From: an uncultured Clostridia bacterium
GTDB lineage: Bacteria > Bacillota > Clostridia > TANB77 > CAG-508
Assembly: GCA_944390975.1 (NCBI GenBank)
Contig: CALXRX010000006.1
Span: 14,312-78,311 of the forward strand
Length of the DNA: 64,000 bases
Direction: 5' to 3'
Of the stretch, positions 32,501-42,881 are shown piece after piece (positions within the stretch are counted from its first letter, which is position 1; each line of letters begins with the position of its first letter). Position numbers and translations under genes: made by a program. A model generated the notes under the pieces. It was given only the letters and a program-made list of their open reading frames with translations, was not told the DNA's origin and made no database searches.

Positions 32501-33043
32501 ACAGAAGGATCTATAAATCCAAACGAAATACTTGCAATAAAAGGACCAGAAGGTGTTTATGAATACTTAATACAAGAAGTACAAAAAGTATATAGAAACC
32601 AAGGTGTTGATATTAACGACAAACATATAGAAGTAATAGGAAGACAAATGCTTAAAAAAGTAAGAGTAGAAGACAATGGAGACACAGATATGTTTGCAGG
32701 ATCACTTGTAGATATGTATGAATTTGAAGAAAAAAATCAAAAAGCAGTAGAAGAAGGAAAACGTCCAGCAGAAGGAAAACGCACATTACTTGGAATTACA
32801 AAAGCATCACTTGCAACAGAAAGCTTCTTATCTGCAGCATCATTCCAAGAAACAACTAGAGTATTAACAGAAGCAGCAATAAAAGGAAAAGTAGATCCAT
32901 TAATTGGTCTAAAAGAAAACGTAATAATAGGAAAACTAATACCAGCTGGAACAGGAATGAATATATACAAAAACATAAAAATTAATACAGAAGTAGAAGA
33001 AAATGCTGAAGAACAACAAACAGAGCAAAAAGTAGAAGAATAG
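29504..33043 (+). CDS. rpoC: DNA-directed RNA polymerase beta-prime subunit
   Basis: Zn-binding CHCGKY..C..C, catalytic [14 protein letters not shown]. 1179 aa. Confidence 0.97.
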   Translation: MDELEIFDKLKIGLASDEKIREWSKGEVKKPETINYRTLKPEKDGLFCERIFGPTKDWECHCGKYKRVRYKGIVCDRCGVEVTKAKVRRERMGHIELAAPVAHIWYFKGIPSRIALLLDISPRSLEKVIYFASYIVTDKGTSGLIKTQVLTEKEYHEAEEKYGRGSFKAEMGAEAIESLLKELDIEKLAEKLKKELETASEQKKVKLIKRLDTVESFRLSGNKPEWMIMNVVPVIPPELRPMVQLDGGRFATSDLNDLYRRVINRNNRLKRLLELGAPEIIVRNEKRMLQESVDALIDNGRRGRPVTGAGNRPLKSLSDLLKGKQGRFRQNLLGKRVDYSGRSVIVVGPELKIYQCGLPKEMAVELFKPFVMKELVGRGIAHNIKNAKRMVERLRPEVWDILEEVIKDHPVMLNRAPTLHRLGIQAFEPVLVEGRAIKLHPLVCTAFNADFDGDQMAVHVPLSPEAQAEARYLMLSANNLLKPQDGKPVTVPTQDMILGSYYLTMVVEGEIGEGTYFKDVDEAIMAYANGEVGLHAKVWIRMFKEIDGELKHKKVETTVGRVIYNQGIPQDLGFVDRSNPENVFDLEINFPVIKKNLGTIVAKSINVHGLSRTAELLDYIKSIGFKYSTKGAITVSTSDIIIPKAKKEILEKAEVEVENIAKQYKRGLITEDERYESVIKVWEKATNDVSDAMQENFDELNPIFMMIQSGARGNMNQLRQVAGMRGLMANTSGKAVEIPIRSSFREGLDPLEYFVSSHGGRKGLADTALRTADSGYLTRRLVDVSQDIIVREHDCGTTEGIIVSDIKDGNQVIEKLQERLEGRYPLEDIIDPETKEIIVDKNTMITEKIADKIIAAGYDKVAVRSALGCRSKHGVCAKCYGMGLATREEVNIGEAVGIIAAQSIGEPGTQLTMRTFHQGGVAGGDITQGLPRVEELFEARKPKGLAIITEIDGTVKINDDKKKKEVVVTSKDNSKTYTIPFGSKLRVKDGDVLEAGDQITEGSINPNEILAIKGPEGVYEYLIQEVQKVYRNQGVDINDKHIEVIGRQMLKKVRVEDNGDTDMFAGSLVDMYEFEEKNQKAVEEGKRPAEGKRTLLGITKASLATESFLSAASFQETTRVLTEAAIKGKVDPLIGLKENVIIGKLIPAGTGMNIYKNIKINTEVEENAEEQQTEQKVEE

Positions 33044-33062
33044 AATAATAGAAACAATAGTA

Positions 33063-33110
33063 AAACGAATAGAAACTGAATAAAATAATTATTCAGTTTC
33101 TATTCGTTTG
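33063..33110 (+). terminator. rpoC terminator
   Basis: 20-bp stem aaacgaatagaaactgaata / tattcagttttctattcgttt-type palindrome, followed by a T-rich tail. Confidence 0.75.
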
Positions 33111-33387
33111 TTTACTTTTTATTTATAAAAATCGCATCATTACCATTTATTAAAATTTTAAGTTTTTCAGATAAAATATTTGCATCTATATCATAATCCA
33201 CTTTAATAAAAACTAATATAAAATTATGTAAAAAAGTGATAACTAAAAAAGCCCAAAACTATTGAAAACAAAGTAATAGAAATATAAAATGACGAAAAAT
33301 AAACTTCGTCATTTTTGTGTAAATAACCTTCTGACATTGCCAGTAGTAACATAGCCTTTTTATGAAGTATAGAAGAAACATAACAAA

Positions 33388-33472
33388 CTCCAAAAAACGT
33401 GAAAAAACAAAAAAATCATCTCCAATTTTTGTGAAAAAAATCAAAAAACATCTCCAAAAAACGTGAAAAAAA
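33388..33472 (+). repeat. Three direct repeats with 32-nt periodicity abutting the -35 box
   Basis: ctccaaaaaacgtgaaaaaa (33388), ctccaatttttgtgaaaaaaa (33420), ctccaaaaaacgtgaaaaaaa (33452). Confidence 0.6.
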
Positions 33473-33473
33473 C

Positions 33474-33502
33474 TTGATAATTTATATAAAGTAGAATATA
33501 AT
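33474..33502 (+). promoter_or_regulatory. Promoter candidate for the DUF4143 ATPase gene
   Basis: TTGATA, 17 nt, TATAAT (33497-33502). Confidence 0.5.
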
Positions 33503-33531
33503 ATACTTAGAAATAGTGGAGGAATATATAT

Positions 33532-34833
33532 ATGAAAAGAAAAATTTATAATAACTTATTAAAATGGAAAAACAATTCAATAGATATACCATTAATGATT
33601 ATAGGAGCAAGACAAATTGGGAAAACATATATAATAAATGAATTTTGTAAAAAAGAGTTTGAAAAATATATCTATATTAATTTATTAGATAATCCTCAAA
33701 TAGTAGAAATATTTGAACAACCAATATCTACAGAAGAAAAATTCACAAAAATGCAGTGGATTTTAAATACTAATATAGATTTAGAAAAAACAATAATATT
33801 TTTTGATGAAATTCAACTTAGTGAAAAATTAATTAGTAATTTAAAATATTTTTGTGAATCTGAAAAACCATATAAAATAATCTGTGCAGGAAGTTTACTA
33901 GGTGTAAAAATTAATAGATTTAATTCATCATTTCCAGTAGGAAAAGTAAAAATGGAATATATGTATCCAATGGATTTTGAAGAATTCTTAATGGCTACAT
34001 CTACTCAAGGCTTAATAGATGAAATATATAAATGCTATGAGCAATTAACCCCAATAACAAATGCATTACATGAAAAACTATTAAATATATATAGATTATA
34101 TTTATGTATTGGAGGTATGCCTCAAGCAGTACAAAATATAATAGATGTTAAACAAAATATTTTTGAGTTTGATAAAGAAATTATAAAAAATATTATTCAA
34201 TCTTATTTAAATGACATGAATCAATACGTATTCAATAATACTGAAAAAACAAAAATAGAAGCAATATATAAATCTATACCAAGCCAACTTGGAAATATAA
34301 GTAGTAAATTTCAATACTCAAAAATCAATTCTAATGCTAGAAGTAGGGATTATGAATCTTCAATGCAATGGTTAATTTCAAGTACAATGGTATATAAATG
34401 TAATTTGCTAAAATCAATACAAATTCCGCCGAAAGTATATGCAGATGAAGAATATTTTAAATTATATTTAAGCGATGTAGGCTTGCTTACTTCATTACTA
34501 GAAATTCAATACAATGATATTATGCTAGATAGCAACTTTTTATATAAAGGAAATATTGCAGAAAATTATGTTGCACAAACATTAGTAAGTAATAATATAA
34601 GTTTATATTATTGGAAATCTAACAGTGATGCAGAAATAGATTTTATTCTATATAATCAAGATGGACTAATTCCAATTGAAGTAAAAGCATCAAATAATAT
34701 AACATCAAAAAGCTTAAACAGCTATATAAAACAATTTAAGCCTAAATATTCTATTAGAATTTCAAGTAAAAACTTTGGATTTGAAAACAATATTAAATCA
34801 ATACCACTATATGCTGCATTTCTAATTAAATAA
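33532..34833 (+). CDS. AAA-family ATPase with DUF4143-type C-terminal domain
   Basis: 433 aa. Walker A GARQIGKT, Walker B IIFFDEIQ. The overall pattern matches the widespread AAA_14/DUF4143 ATP-binding proteins. Confidence 0.8.
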   Translation: MKRKIYNNLLKWKNNSIDIPLMIIGARQIGKTYIINEFCKKEFEKYIYINLLDNPQIVEIFEQPISTEEKFTKMQWILNTNIDLEKTIIFFDEIQLSEKLISNLKYFCESEKPYKIICAGSLLGVKINRFNSSFPVGKVKMEYMYPMDFEEFLMATSTQGLIDEIYKCYEQLTPITNALHEKLLNIYRLYLCIGGMPQAVQNIIDVKQNIFEFDKEIIKNIIQSYLNDMNQYVFNNTEKTKIEAIYKSIPSQLGNISSKFQYSKINSNARSRDYESSMQWLISSTMVYKCNLLKSIQIPPKVYADEEYFKLYLSDVGLLTSLLEIQYNDIMLDSNFLYKGNIAENYVAQTLVSNNISLYYWKSNSDAEIDFILYNQDGLIPIEVKASNNITSKSLNSYIKQFKPKYSIRISSKNFGFENNIKSIPLYAAFLIK

Positions 34834-34837
34834 CATC

Positions 34838-34880
34838 AAAGAGCATATCTATCTATAAATTGATAAATATGCTCTTTTTC
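34838..34880 (+). terminator. Terminator
   Basis: aaagagcatat ... atatgctcttttt. Confidence 0.6.
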
Positions 34881-34985
34881 ATATATCCGTAAAATTTACG
34901 GAATAAAAACTTTGTAAAAATCTTGTAAAATAAGTCAAAATATAGTATCATAGAAATGTATAAAAAAAGAAAAGGAGATGCCTTT

Positions 34986-36026
34986 ATGGAAAAAAGTTTT
35001 AGTGAAAGTTATAAAGAAGCAGGAGTAGACGTTACAGCAGGGTATAAATCAGTAGAACTAATGAAAAAATATGTTCAAAGTACCTATATAAAAGGTGTTG
35101 AATCAGACCTAGGTGGATTTGGAGGTCTTTTTGCGCCAGATATAAAAGATATGAAACAACCAATTTTAGTTTCCGGAACAGATGGAGTAGGAACAAAACT
35201 AAAATTGGCTTTTTTGATGAATAAGCATGACACAATTGGACAAGACTGTGTAGCAATGTGTGTAAACGATATAGTATGTTGTGGAGCAAAACCATTATTT
35301 TTCTTAGACTATATGTCACTATGGAAAAACATACCAGAAATGGTAGCAACAATAGTAAAAGGAGTTACAGATGGATGCAAACTAGCAGGATGTGCATTAG
35401 TTGGAGGAGAAACAGCAGAAATGCCAGGGTTATATGCAGAAAATGAATATGACTTAGCAGGATTTAGTGTAGGAATTGTAGACAAAGAAAAAATGATAAA
35501 TCCAGAAACAATTGAAATAGGAGACGTAGTAATAGGACTATCATCATCAGGAGTACATTCAAACGGTTTTTCACTTATAAGAAAAATATTTAATGTAAAT
35601 GAAGAAAATTTAAAAGAATATAAAGAAGAATTAGGAACAACATTAGGAGAAGCACTACTTACACCAACAAAAATCTATGTAAAACCAGTATTAAAACTAT
35701 TAGAAAAAGTAAATATAAAAGGAATTTCACATATAACCGGAGGTGGATTTTATGAAAATATGCCTAGAATGTTAAATGAAAAAGTAGCATTAAAAATAAA
35801 CAAAAACTCATATGAAGTTCCAGCAATATTTAAACTTATTCAAAAACAAGGAGATATTCCTGAAAGAGATATGTACAACACATTTAATATGGGAATAGGA
35901 ATGGCAATAATAGTTTCAAAACAAGACCAAGAAAAAGCATTAGAAATATTATCACAAGAAGGAGAAACTGCATGTGTAATAGGAGAAGTAGTAGAAGGAA
36001 ATAAAGAAATAGAAATTATTAATTAG
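34986..36026 (+). CDS. purM: Phosphoribosylformylglycinamidine cyclo-ligase (AIR synthetase)
   Basis: MEKSFSESYKEAGVDV..., GGFGGLF, DGVGTKL. ATG at 34986 after AAAGGAGA. Confidence 0.93.
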   Translation: MEKSFSESYKEAGVDVTAGYKSVELMKKYVQSTYIKGVESDLGGFGGLFAPDIKDMKQPILVSGTDGVGTKLKLAFLMNKHDTIGQDCVAMCVNDIVCCGAKPLFFLDYMSLWKNIPEMVATIVKGVTDGCKLAGCALVGGETAEMPGLYAENEYDLAGFSVGIVDKEKMINPETIEIGDVVIGLSSSGVHSNGFSLIRKIFNVNEENLKEYKEELGTTLGEALLTPTKIYVKPVLKLLEKVNIKGISHITGGGFYENMPRMLNEKVALKINKNSYEVPAIFKLIQKQGDIPERDMYNTFNMGIGMAIIVSKQDQEKALEILSQEGETACVIGEVVEGNKEIEIIN

Positions 36027-36044
36027 AAGTTGGAGGAAAAGTTT

Positions 36045-39000
36045 ATGGTAAGAAGAATTTATGTACAAAAAAAATCAGGCTTTGATATAGAAGCAAAAGG
36101 AGTTTTAAGCGATTTAAAAGAAAATTTACAAATAAAAGGCTTAGAAGATGTAATTATACTAAATAGGTATGATGTATCTGGAATAGATGACACAACATAT
36201 GAAAAAGCAAAAAGCACTATATTTTCAGAGCCACAAGTAGATATATGCTTTGATGAAAATTATGAATTTGATAAAAATGATAAAGTATTCGGAGTAGAAT
36301 TTTTACCAGGACAATTTGACCAAAGAGCAAACTCTTTAGTTGAATGTCTACAAATAATTAGTGAAAAAGAAAGACCAGTTGCAAAAACAGCAAAAATATA
36401 TATTCTGAAAGGAAAAATAGATGAATTAGAGTTAGAAAAAATTAAAAAATATTTAATAAACTCAGTAGACTCTCGTGAAGCAAACCTTAAAAAGCCTGAA
36501 ACTTTAGAAGATGAAATTGTAGAGCCACAAGATGTTGCAGTAATAGAAGGATTCATAAATATGACAGATGAAGATGCACAAAAATTTTATGATAAATATG
36601 GTTTTGCAATGGACTTAGCAGACTTAAAATTCTGCCAAAAATACTTTAGAGACACAGAAAAAAGAGACCCAACAATGACAGAAATGAAAATGATAGATAC
36701 ATACTGGTCAGACCATTGTAGACATACAACTTTCTTAACAAGACTAGAAGTTATAGATATAAAATGGGATTTATTAAAAGAAATATATAAACAATATATA
36801 GAATCAAGAAAATTTGTATATGAAGATAGAAAAAAAGACATATGTTTAATGGACGTTGCAACAATAGCAGCAAAAGAGTTAAAGAAAAAAGGACTATTAA
36901 AAGATTTAGATGAATCTGAAGAAATAAATGCTTGTAGTATAAAAGCAGAAATAATGGTAGATGGAAAGCCAGAAGAATACTTAATTATGTTTAAAAATGA
37001 AACACATAATCATCCAACAGAAATAGAGCCATTTGGTGGAGCAGCAACCTGTCTTGGAGGAGCAATAAGAGACCCATTATCAGGAAGAGTATATGTATAT
37101 CAAGCAATGAGAGTAACAGGATGTGGAGATCCAAGACAAACTATAGAAGAAACATTGCCAAATAAATTACCACAAAGAAAATTAACAAATGAAGCAGCAA
37201 GAGGATATAGTTCATATGGAAACCAAATAGGACTTGCAACAGGGCAAGTATCAGAAATATATCATCCAGGATATATAGCAAAAAGATTAGAAATTGGAGC
37301 ATTAATAGGAGCAGCACCAGCTAAAAATGTAGTAAGATTAAGACCTGAGCCAGGAGACAAAGTAATACTACTTGGAGGTAGAACAGGAAGAGATGGTTGT
37401 GGAGGAGCTACAGGCTCATCAAAAGCTCATACAAGTAAATCTCTAACAATATGTGGAGCAGAAGTTCAAAAAGGAAATGCACCAGAAGAAAGAAAAATAC
37501 AAAGACTATTTAGAAATGAAGAATTAGCAAAATTAATAAAAAGATGTAACGATTTTGGAGCAGGTGGAGTTTCAGTAGCAGTAGGTGAATTAGCAGATGG
37601 ATTAGTAATAAACTTAGATAAAGTACCAAAAAAATATGAGGGACTAGATGGAACAGAACTAGCCATTTCTGAATCACAAGAAAGAATGGCTGTAGTAGTA
37701 GCAGCAGAAAATGTAGAAAAATTTGAAAAATTAGCAAGCAAAGAAAATATAGAAACCAGTATAGTTGCAGATGTAGTAGAAGAGCCAAGAGTAAAAATAT
37801 ACTGGAGAGGAAGCAAAATAGTAGATATAAGTAGAGAATTCTTAGACACAAATGGAGATGTAAAAAAAGCAAATATAGAAATACAAAAACCAGATGAAAA
37901 CAATAATTACTTTAAACAAGAAGAAACAAAAGATGTTGTAAAAACATGGAAAGAAAATATATCATCATTAAATTGTTGCTCACAAAAAGGATTAGTAGAA
38001 AGATTTGACTCTAGTATAGGTGCAGGGACTGTACTAATGCCATTTGGAGGTAAATATCAATTAACACCAGTAGAAGGAATGGTAGCTCGTATACCTACTT
38101 TAGAAGGATATACAAATACAGGAACAATAATGACATATGGATACAACCCATATTTATCTACATGGAGTCCATTCCATGGAGCAGTATATGCAGTAATAGA
38201 ATCAATAACAAAATATGTAGCAGTAGGTGGAGACTATAAAAAAGCATGGCTAACATTCCAAGAATATTTTGAAAAGTTAAGAAATGATCCATTAAGATGG
38301 GGAAAACCACTTTCAGCACTACTTGGTGCATACTTAGTACAAGAAAAATTAGGAATTGCATCAATTGGTGGAAAAGATAGTATGTCTGGCTCATATAATG
38401 AACTAGATGTACCACCAACACTAGTTTCTTTCTGTGTAGGAACAGTTGATATTAAAAAAGTAATATCAAATGAATTTAAAAACACAAATTCAAAAATCAT
38501 GATATTAAAAACAAAAATTGATGAAAATGACTTACCAGATTTTGAAGACTTAAAAGAAAACTATGAAATAATACATAACTTAATACAAGAAGATAAAGTA
38601 TTATCAGTAACATCAATAAAACATGGTGGAATATCAGATGCAATTACAAAATGTACAATAGGTAATAAAATAGGATTTAAATTTACATCAAAAGAAAATC
38701 TATTTAAACCAATGTATGGAAGCTTTATATTAGAATTAAAAGAAAATGTAGATAATAAAAAGCTTCAAGAACTAGGATATACAATAGAAGAAAAAGAAAT
38801 AATAATAGACAATGAAAACAAGCTAGATATTGAAGAACTTATAGAATTATGGGAAAAACCATTAGAAAAAGTATTCCCAACAAAAGTAAAAACACAAAAA
38901 TATGGAGATGTAGAAAATATATTAAGTAATAAAACATACACTATAACTCCAAAAATAAAAATAGCAAAGCCACGTGTATTTATACCTGTATTTCCAGGAA

Positions 39001-39767
39001 CAAACTGTGAATATGATTTACAAAAAGCCTTTGTTGATGCAGGAGCAATTGTAAATACAACAGTATTTAGAAACTTAAAACCAGAACATATAGAAGAATC
39101 AATAAAAGAATATGAAAAACAAATTAAAGAAGCACAAATAATTATGTTGCCAGGTGGATTTAGTGCCGGAGACGAGCCAGATGGATCAGGAAAATTTATA
39201 GCATCAGTATTTAGAAATCCATATTTAACACAAGCAATACATTCACACTTATACGAGCAAGATGGATTAATATTAGGAATATGTAATGGATTCCAAGCAT
39301 TAATAAAATTAGGATTATTACCATATGGTAAAATAGTAGATATGGATGAAACAATGCCAACACTAACATTTAATGATATAGCAAGACACCAATCAAAACT
39401 TGTTAATACAAAAGTCGTATCAAAATTATCACCATGGTTTAATAAAGTAAATTTGGGCGAAGAATTCATAATCCCAATATCACATGGAGAAGGAAAATTT
39501 GTAGCAAGCCAAGAAGTAATGCAAGACCTAATAAAAAATGGACAAATAGCCACACAATATGTAGATTTAGAAGGAAATGCAACATATGATATAAGATATA
39601 ACCCAAATGGATCAACATATGCAGTAGAAGGAATAACAAGCCCAGATGGAAGAATATTAGGAAAAATGGGACATTCAGAAAGAAGTTACAGAAATGATAT
39701 ATTAAAAAATGTATCAGGAAATAAAGACCAAAAACTATTTGAATCTGGAGTAGAATATTATAGTTAA
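36045..39767 (+). CDS. purL: Phosphoribosylformylglycinamidine synthase, single-chain large form
   Basis: About 1240 aa with PurL AIRS-like domains and a C-terminal class-I glutamine amidotransferase (GICNGFQAL, HGEG). Confidence 0.93.
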   Translation: MVRRIYVQKKSGFDIEAKGVLSDLKENLQIKGLEDVIILNRYDVSGIDDTTYEKAKSTIFSEPQVDICFDENYEFDKNDKVFGVEFLPGQFDQRANSLVECLQIISEKERPVAKTAKIYILKGKIDELELEKIKKYLINSVDSREANLKKPETLEDEIVEPQDVAVIEGFINMTDEDAQKFYDKYGFAMDLADLKFCQKYFRDTEKRDPTMTEMKMIDTYWSDHCRHTTFLTRLEVIDIKWDLLKEIYKQYIESRKFVYEDRKKDICLMDVATIAAKELKKKGLLKDLDESEEINACSIKAEIMVDGKPEEYLIMFKNETHNHPTEIEPFGGAATCLGGAIRDPLSGRVYVYQAMRVTGCGDPRQTIEETLPNKLPQRKLTNEAARGYSSYGNQIGLATGQVSEIYHPGYIAKRLEIGALIGAAPAKNVVRLRPEPGDKVILLGGRTGRDGCGGATGSSKAHTSKSLTICGAEVQKGNAPEERKIQRLFRNEELAKLIKRCNDFGAGGVSVAVGELADGLVINLDKVPKKYEGLDGTELAISESQERMAVVVAAENVEKFEKLASKENIETSIVADVVEEPRVKIYWRGSKIVDISREFLDTNGDVKKANIEIQKPDENNNYFKQEETKDVVKTWKENISSLNCCSQKGLVERFDSSIGAGTVLMPFGGKYQLTPVEGMVARIPTLEGYTNTGTIMTYGYNPYLSTWSPFHGAVYAVIESITKYVAVGGDYKKAWLTFQEYFEKLRNDPLRWGKPLSALLGAYLVQEKLGIASIGGKDSMSGSYNELDVPPTLVSFCVGTVDIKKVISNEFKNTNSKIMILKTKIDENDLPDFEDLKENYEIIHNLIQEDKVLSVTSIKHGGISDAITKCTIGNKIGFKFTSKENLFKPMYGSFILELKENVDNKKLQELGYTIEEKEIIIDNENKLDIEELIELWEKPLEKVFPTKVKTQKYGDVENILSNKTYTITPKIKIAKPRVFIPVFPGTNCEYDLQKAFVDAGAIVNTTVFRNLKPEHIEESIKEYEKQIKEAQIIMLPGGFSAGDEPDGSGKFIASVFRNPYLTQAIHSHLYEQDGLILGICNGFQALIKLGLLPYGKIVDMDETMPTLTFNDIARHQSKLVNTKVVSKLSPWFNKVNLGEEFIIPISHGEGKFVASQEVMQDLIKNGQIATQYVDLEGNATYDIRYNPNGSTYAVEGITSPDGRILGKMGHSERSYRNDILKNVSGNKDQKLFESGVEYYS

Positions 39768-39779
39768 AAGGAGAAAAAC

Positions 39780-41216
39780 ATGGAAAAAAATAATACATAT
39801 GTAACACCACTATCTGGTAGATATGCAAGTAAAGAAATGAACAAAATATGGTCAAGTGATACAAAGTACAGCACTTGGAGAAAATTATGGGTAGCACTTG
39901 CAGAAACAGAAAAAGAATTAGGAATAAATATAACAGAAGAACAAATAAAAGAAATGAAAGAAAATATAGAAAACATAGACTATGAAATCGTTTCTGCTAG
40001 AGAAGCACAATGTAGACATGATGTAATGAGCCATGTATATGAATTTGGAATAAAATGTCCAAATGCAAAACCAATAATACACTTAGGTGCAACATCTTGT
40101 TATGTAACAGACAACACAGATGTAATTCTTATGAGAGAAGCACTTATGCTAGTAAAGAAAAAATTATTATTAGTTATAAACAACCTAAAAACATTTGCAT
40201 TAAAAAACAAAAATATAACATGTTTAGGATATACACATTTCCAACCAGCACAATTAACTACAGTTGGAAAAAGGGCAACATTATGGTTACAAGATTTATT
40301 AGAAGATTTAGAAGAATTAGACTTTGTAATAGAAAATATGAAATTATTAGGCTGTAAAGGGACAACAGGAACACAAGAAAGTTTCATGAAATTATTTAAA
40401 GATGAAGAAAAAGTAAATCAAATTGATGAAAAAATTGCAGAAAAGATGGGATTTAATAAAGTATATGATGTATCAGGACAAACATATACAAGAAAATTAG
40501 ATTCAAGAGTATTAAACACATTATCACAAATTGCACAAAGTGCATCTAAGTTTGCAAATGATATGAGATTATTACAACATGAAAAAGAATTAGAAGAGCC
40601 ATTTGAAAAAGGACAAATAGGCTCATCTGCAATGGCATACAAAAGAAATCCAATGAGAAGTGAAAGAATAAATTCACTTGCAAGACATGTAATGGTATTA
40701 GCAAATGATGCAAGTATTACAGCAGCAACACAATGGTTAGAAAGAACTCTAGATGACTCTGCTAACAAAAGAATTTGTGTACCAGAAAGCTTTTTAGCTG
40801 TAGATGCAATTCTAATATTATATGCAAATATAACATCTAATATAGTAGTATATGAAAATGTAATAAAAACAAATATGATGCAAGAACTACCATTCATGGG
40901 AACTGAAGAGATACTAATGAATGCAGTATTAAAAGGTGGAGACAGACAAGAATTACATGAAAAAATAAGAATATATTCAATGGAAGCAGGACGTGAAGTA
41001 AAAGAATTTGGAAGACCAAACGATTTAGTTGAAAGAATAGCAAATGATGAATCATTTGGACTAACAAAAGAAGAAATATTACATGCACTAAATCCAGATA
41101 ATTTATGTGGTAGAGCACCAAAACAAGTAGAACAATTTATAGAAACAAAAGTAAATCCAATACTTGATAAATATAAAGACTTAATAAAAGACATAAATGT
41201 AGAGGTTAATGTATAA
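39780..41216 (+). CDS. purB: Adenylosuccinate lyase
   Basis: 478 aa. Fumarate-lyase signature GSSAMAYKRNP. Confidence 0.93.
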   Translation: MEKNNTYVTPLSGRYASKEMNKIWSSDTKYSTWRKLWVALAETEKELGINITEEQIKEMKENIENIDYEIVSAREAQCRHDVMSHVYEFGIKCPNAKPIIHLGATSCYVTDNTDVILMREALMLVKKKLLLVINNLKTFALKNKNITCLGYTHFQPAQLTTVGKRATLWLQDLLEDLEELDFVIENMKLLGCKGTTGTQESFMKLFKDEEKVNQIDEKIAEKMGFNKVYDVSGQTYTRKLDSRVLNTLSQIAQSASKFANDMRLLQHEKELEEPFEKGQIGSSAMAYKRNPMRSERINSLARHVMVLANDASITAATQWLERTLDDSANKRICVPESFLAVDAILILYANITSNIVVYENVIKTNMMQELPFMGTEEILMNAVLKGGDRQELHEKIRIYSMEAGREVKEFGRPNDLVERIANDESFGLTKEEILHALNPDNLCGRAPKQVEQFIETKVNPILDKYKDLIKDINVEVNV

Positions 41217-41300
41217 TTGTATAATAAGTATTTAAAACTAAAAAAGCATAATAAGTTTGTATAATATATAAGCAATAAATTAATCTATGATAGAAAAAAC

Positions 41301-41323
41301 AAATGCCCCAAAAATGGGGCATT
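41301..41323. terminator. Hairpin between convergent purB and purC
   Basis: aaatgcccca aaaa tggggcattt. A T-run follows on the - strand. Confidence 0.6.
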
Positions 41324-41403
41324 TAAAAATATAAAAAATATCGAAAAATTTGTATAAGTTCTAAACCTTAAGAAGAAAGTTTAAAACAAATTAAAAAAAC
41401 TCT

Positions 41404-42252
41404 TTAAAATTTATTTCCAGTTAATCTTTCATAAGCTTCAATATATTTAGAACGAGTTGTTTGAATAACATCAACAGGAATTGGTGTAGGATTATTAGCA
41501 TCCCAATTTGTTTGCTTTAGCCAATCTCTCATATATTGTTTATCAAAACTCTTTTGACCATGACCAATTTCATAATCTGATGCTGGCCAAAATCTGCTAG
41601 AATCTGGAGTTAAAACTTCATCACCTAAAACTAAATCTCCATTTTCATCTAATCCAAATTCAAATTTTGTATCAGCAATAATAATACCTTTTGTAGCAGC
41701 ATATTCAGCACATTTAGAATAAATTTCTATAGCAACATCTCTTACCTTTGTTGCAAGATCTTCGCCAATTAATTCTACTGTTTGTTCAAAACTAATATTC
41801 TCATCATGTCCTTCTGCTGCTTTTGTAGAAGGTGTAAAAATTGGATTTGGAAGTTTTTGAGATTCCTGTAAGCCAGCAGGTAAAGTAATACCACAAACAG
41901 TACCATTTTCCTTGTAACTTTTCCATCCAGAGCCAGTTATATAACCTCTTACAATACATTCAATAGGAAGCATTTTTAATTTTTTAACTAACATACTTCT
42001 ATCTTTAAATTCTTCTTTTTGAAATTCCTCAGGAAAATCAGAAATATTAGTTGAAATAACATGATTTTTTACAAAATCTTTTGTGTAATCAAACCAAAAT
42101 TCAGAAATTTTATTTAAAACTTTACCCTTATCAGGAACTTCATTTGGTAAAATAACATCAAAAGCAGAAATTCTATCAGAAACAACAAGCATAAGTTTGC
42201 CATCATCTACTTCATAAATTTCACGAACTTTACCACTACTAATTTTTTTCAT
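41404..42252 (-). CDS. purC: SAICAR synthetase
   Basis: GKVREIY, IIADTKFEFG. The ATG at 42252 (MKKISSGK) is preferred because a GAGG RBS precedes it. Confidence 0.93.
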   Translation of the reverse strand: MKKISSGKVREIYEVDDGKLMLVVSDRISAFDVILPNEVPDKGKVLNKISEFWFDYTKDFVKNHVISTNISDFPEEFQKEEFKDRSMLVKKLKMLPIECIVRGYITGSGWKSYKENGTVCGITLPAGLQESQKLPNPIFTPSTKAAEGHDENISFEQTVELIGEDLATKVRDVAIEIYSKCAEYAATKGIIIADTKFEFGLDENGDLVLGDEVLTPDSSRFWPASDYEIGHGQKSFDKQYMRDWLKQTNWDANNPTPIPVDVIQTTRSKYIEAYERLTGNKF

Positions 42253-42290
42253 ATAATACCTCATTTCTGCCTATAAAAGGCTAAATTATT

Positions 42291-42812
42291 TTACATTTGC
42301 TCTAAATAAGCACTATAACCTAAATTTTGTAATTTTTCATCTTTTTTAGTTACAGCATCTTTTAAAGAATCCTTAAAAGTAGCAAGTTTAGTTTTTACAT
42401 CTTCATTTCCTACTGCAATAATAGATGATGCCAAAATTCCAGCATTTTTTGCTCCGTTAATAGCAACTGTTGCAACAGGAATTCCAGAAGGCATTTGTAC
42501 AATAGAATATAAAGAATCTACACCACTTAATGTTTTTGTATGAATAGGTACACCTATAACAGGAACAGTTGGAACTAATGCCGCAAATACACCTGGTAGG
42601 TGAGCTGCACCACCTGCACCAGCAATAATAACTTTAACTCCGTTTTCTTTTAAGCTATTAGCATATTCAAGTGCTTTTTCTGGAGTTCTATGAACGGATA
42701 AAATTTTCATTTCATAAGAAATACCCATATCTTCTAAAAACTTGGCAGCATCTTTCATAATAGATAAATCTGAATCACTACCCATAATAATAGAAACATC
42801 AAAATTCTTCAT
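42291..42812 (-). CDS. purE: 5-(carboxyamino)imidazole ribonucleotide mutase/carboxylase PurE
   Basis: IIMGSDSD, GAGGAAHLPG. ATG at 42812 after AGGAGG. Confidence 0.93.
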   Translation of the reverse strand: MKNFDVSIIMGSDSDLSIMKDAAKFLEDMGISYEMKILSVHRTPEKALEYANSLKENGVKVIIAGAGGAAHLPGVFAALVPTVPVIGVPIHTKTLSGVDSLYSIVQMPSGIPVATVAINGAKNAGILASSIIAVGNEDVKTKLATFKDSLKDAVTKKDEKLQNLGYSAYLEQM

Positions 42813-42881
42813 TATATAATCCTCCTTAATAATAATCAAACACATTATACCATTTATATCGAAAAATGTCAGTATTTTTTA

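Noticed and set aside
33388-33472. Direct repeats checked as a possible CRISPR array.
   Set aside because: There are only three A-rich units of about 20 nt with roughly 12-nt linkers. There is no spacer diversity and no cas genes. Their position abutting a promoter fits operator sites better.
34834-34985. A purine riboswitch was looked for upstream of purM, and likewise upstream of the kinase-purE-purC operon at 43785-43911.
   Set aside because: I could not find the conserved purine-riboswitch junction and loop sequences or a three-way junction. Only a terminator and promoter-like elements are present.
35258-35446. Alternate-frame ORFs inside purM and purB (35258..35446 and 40055..40357).
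   Set aside because: They are same-strand shadow ORFs within conserved enzymes, with no independent support.
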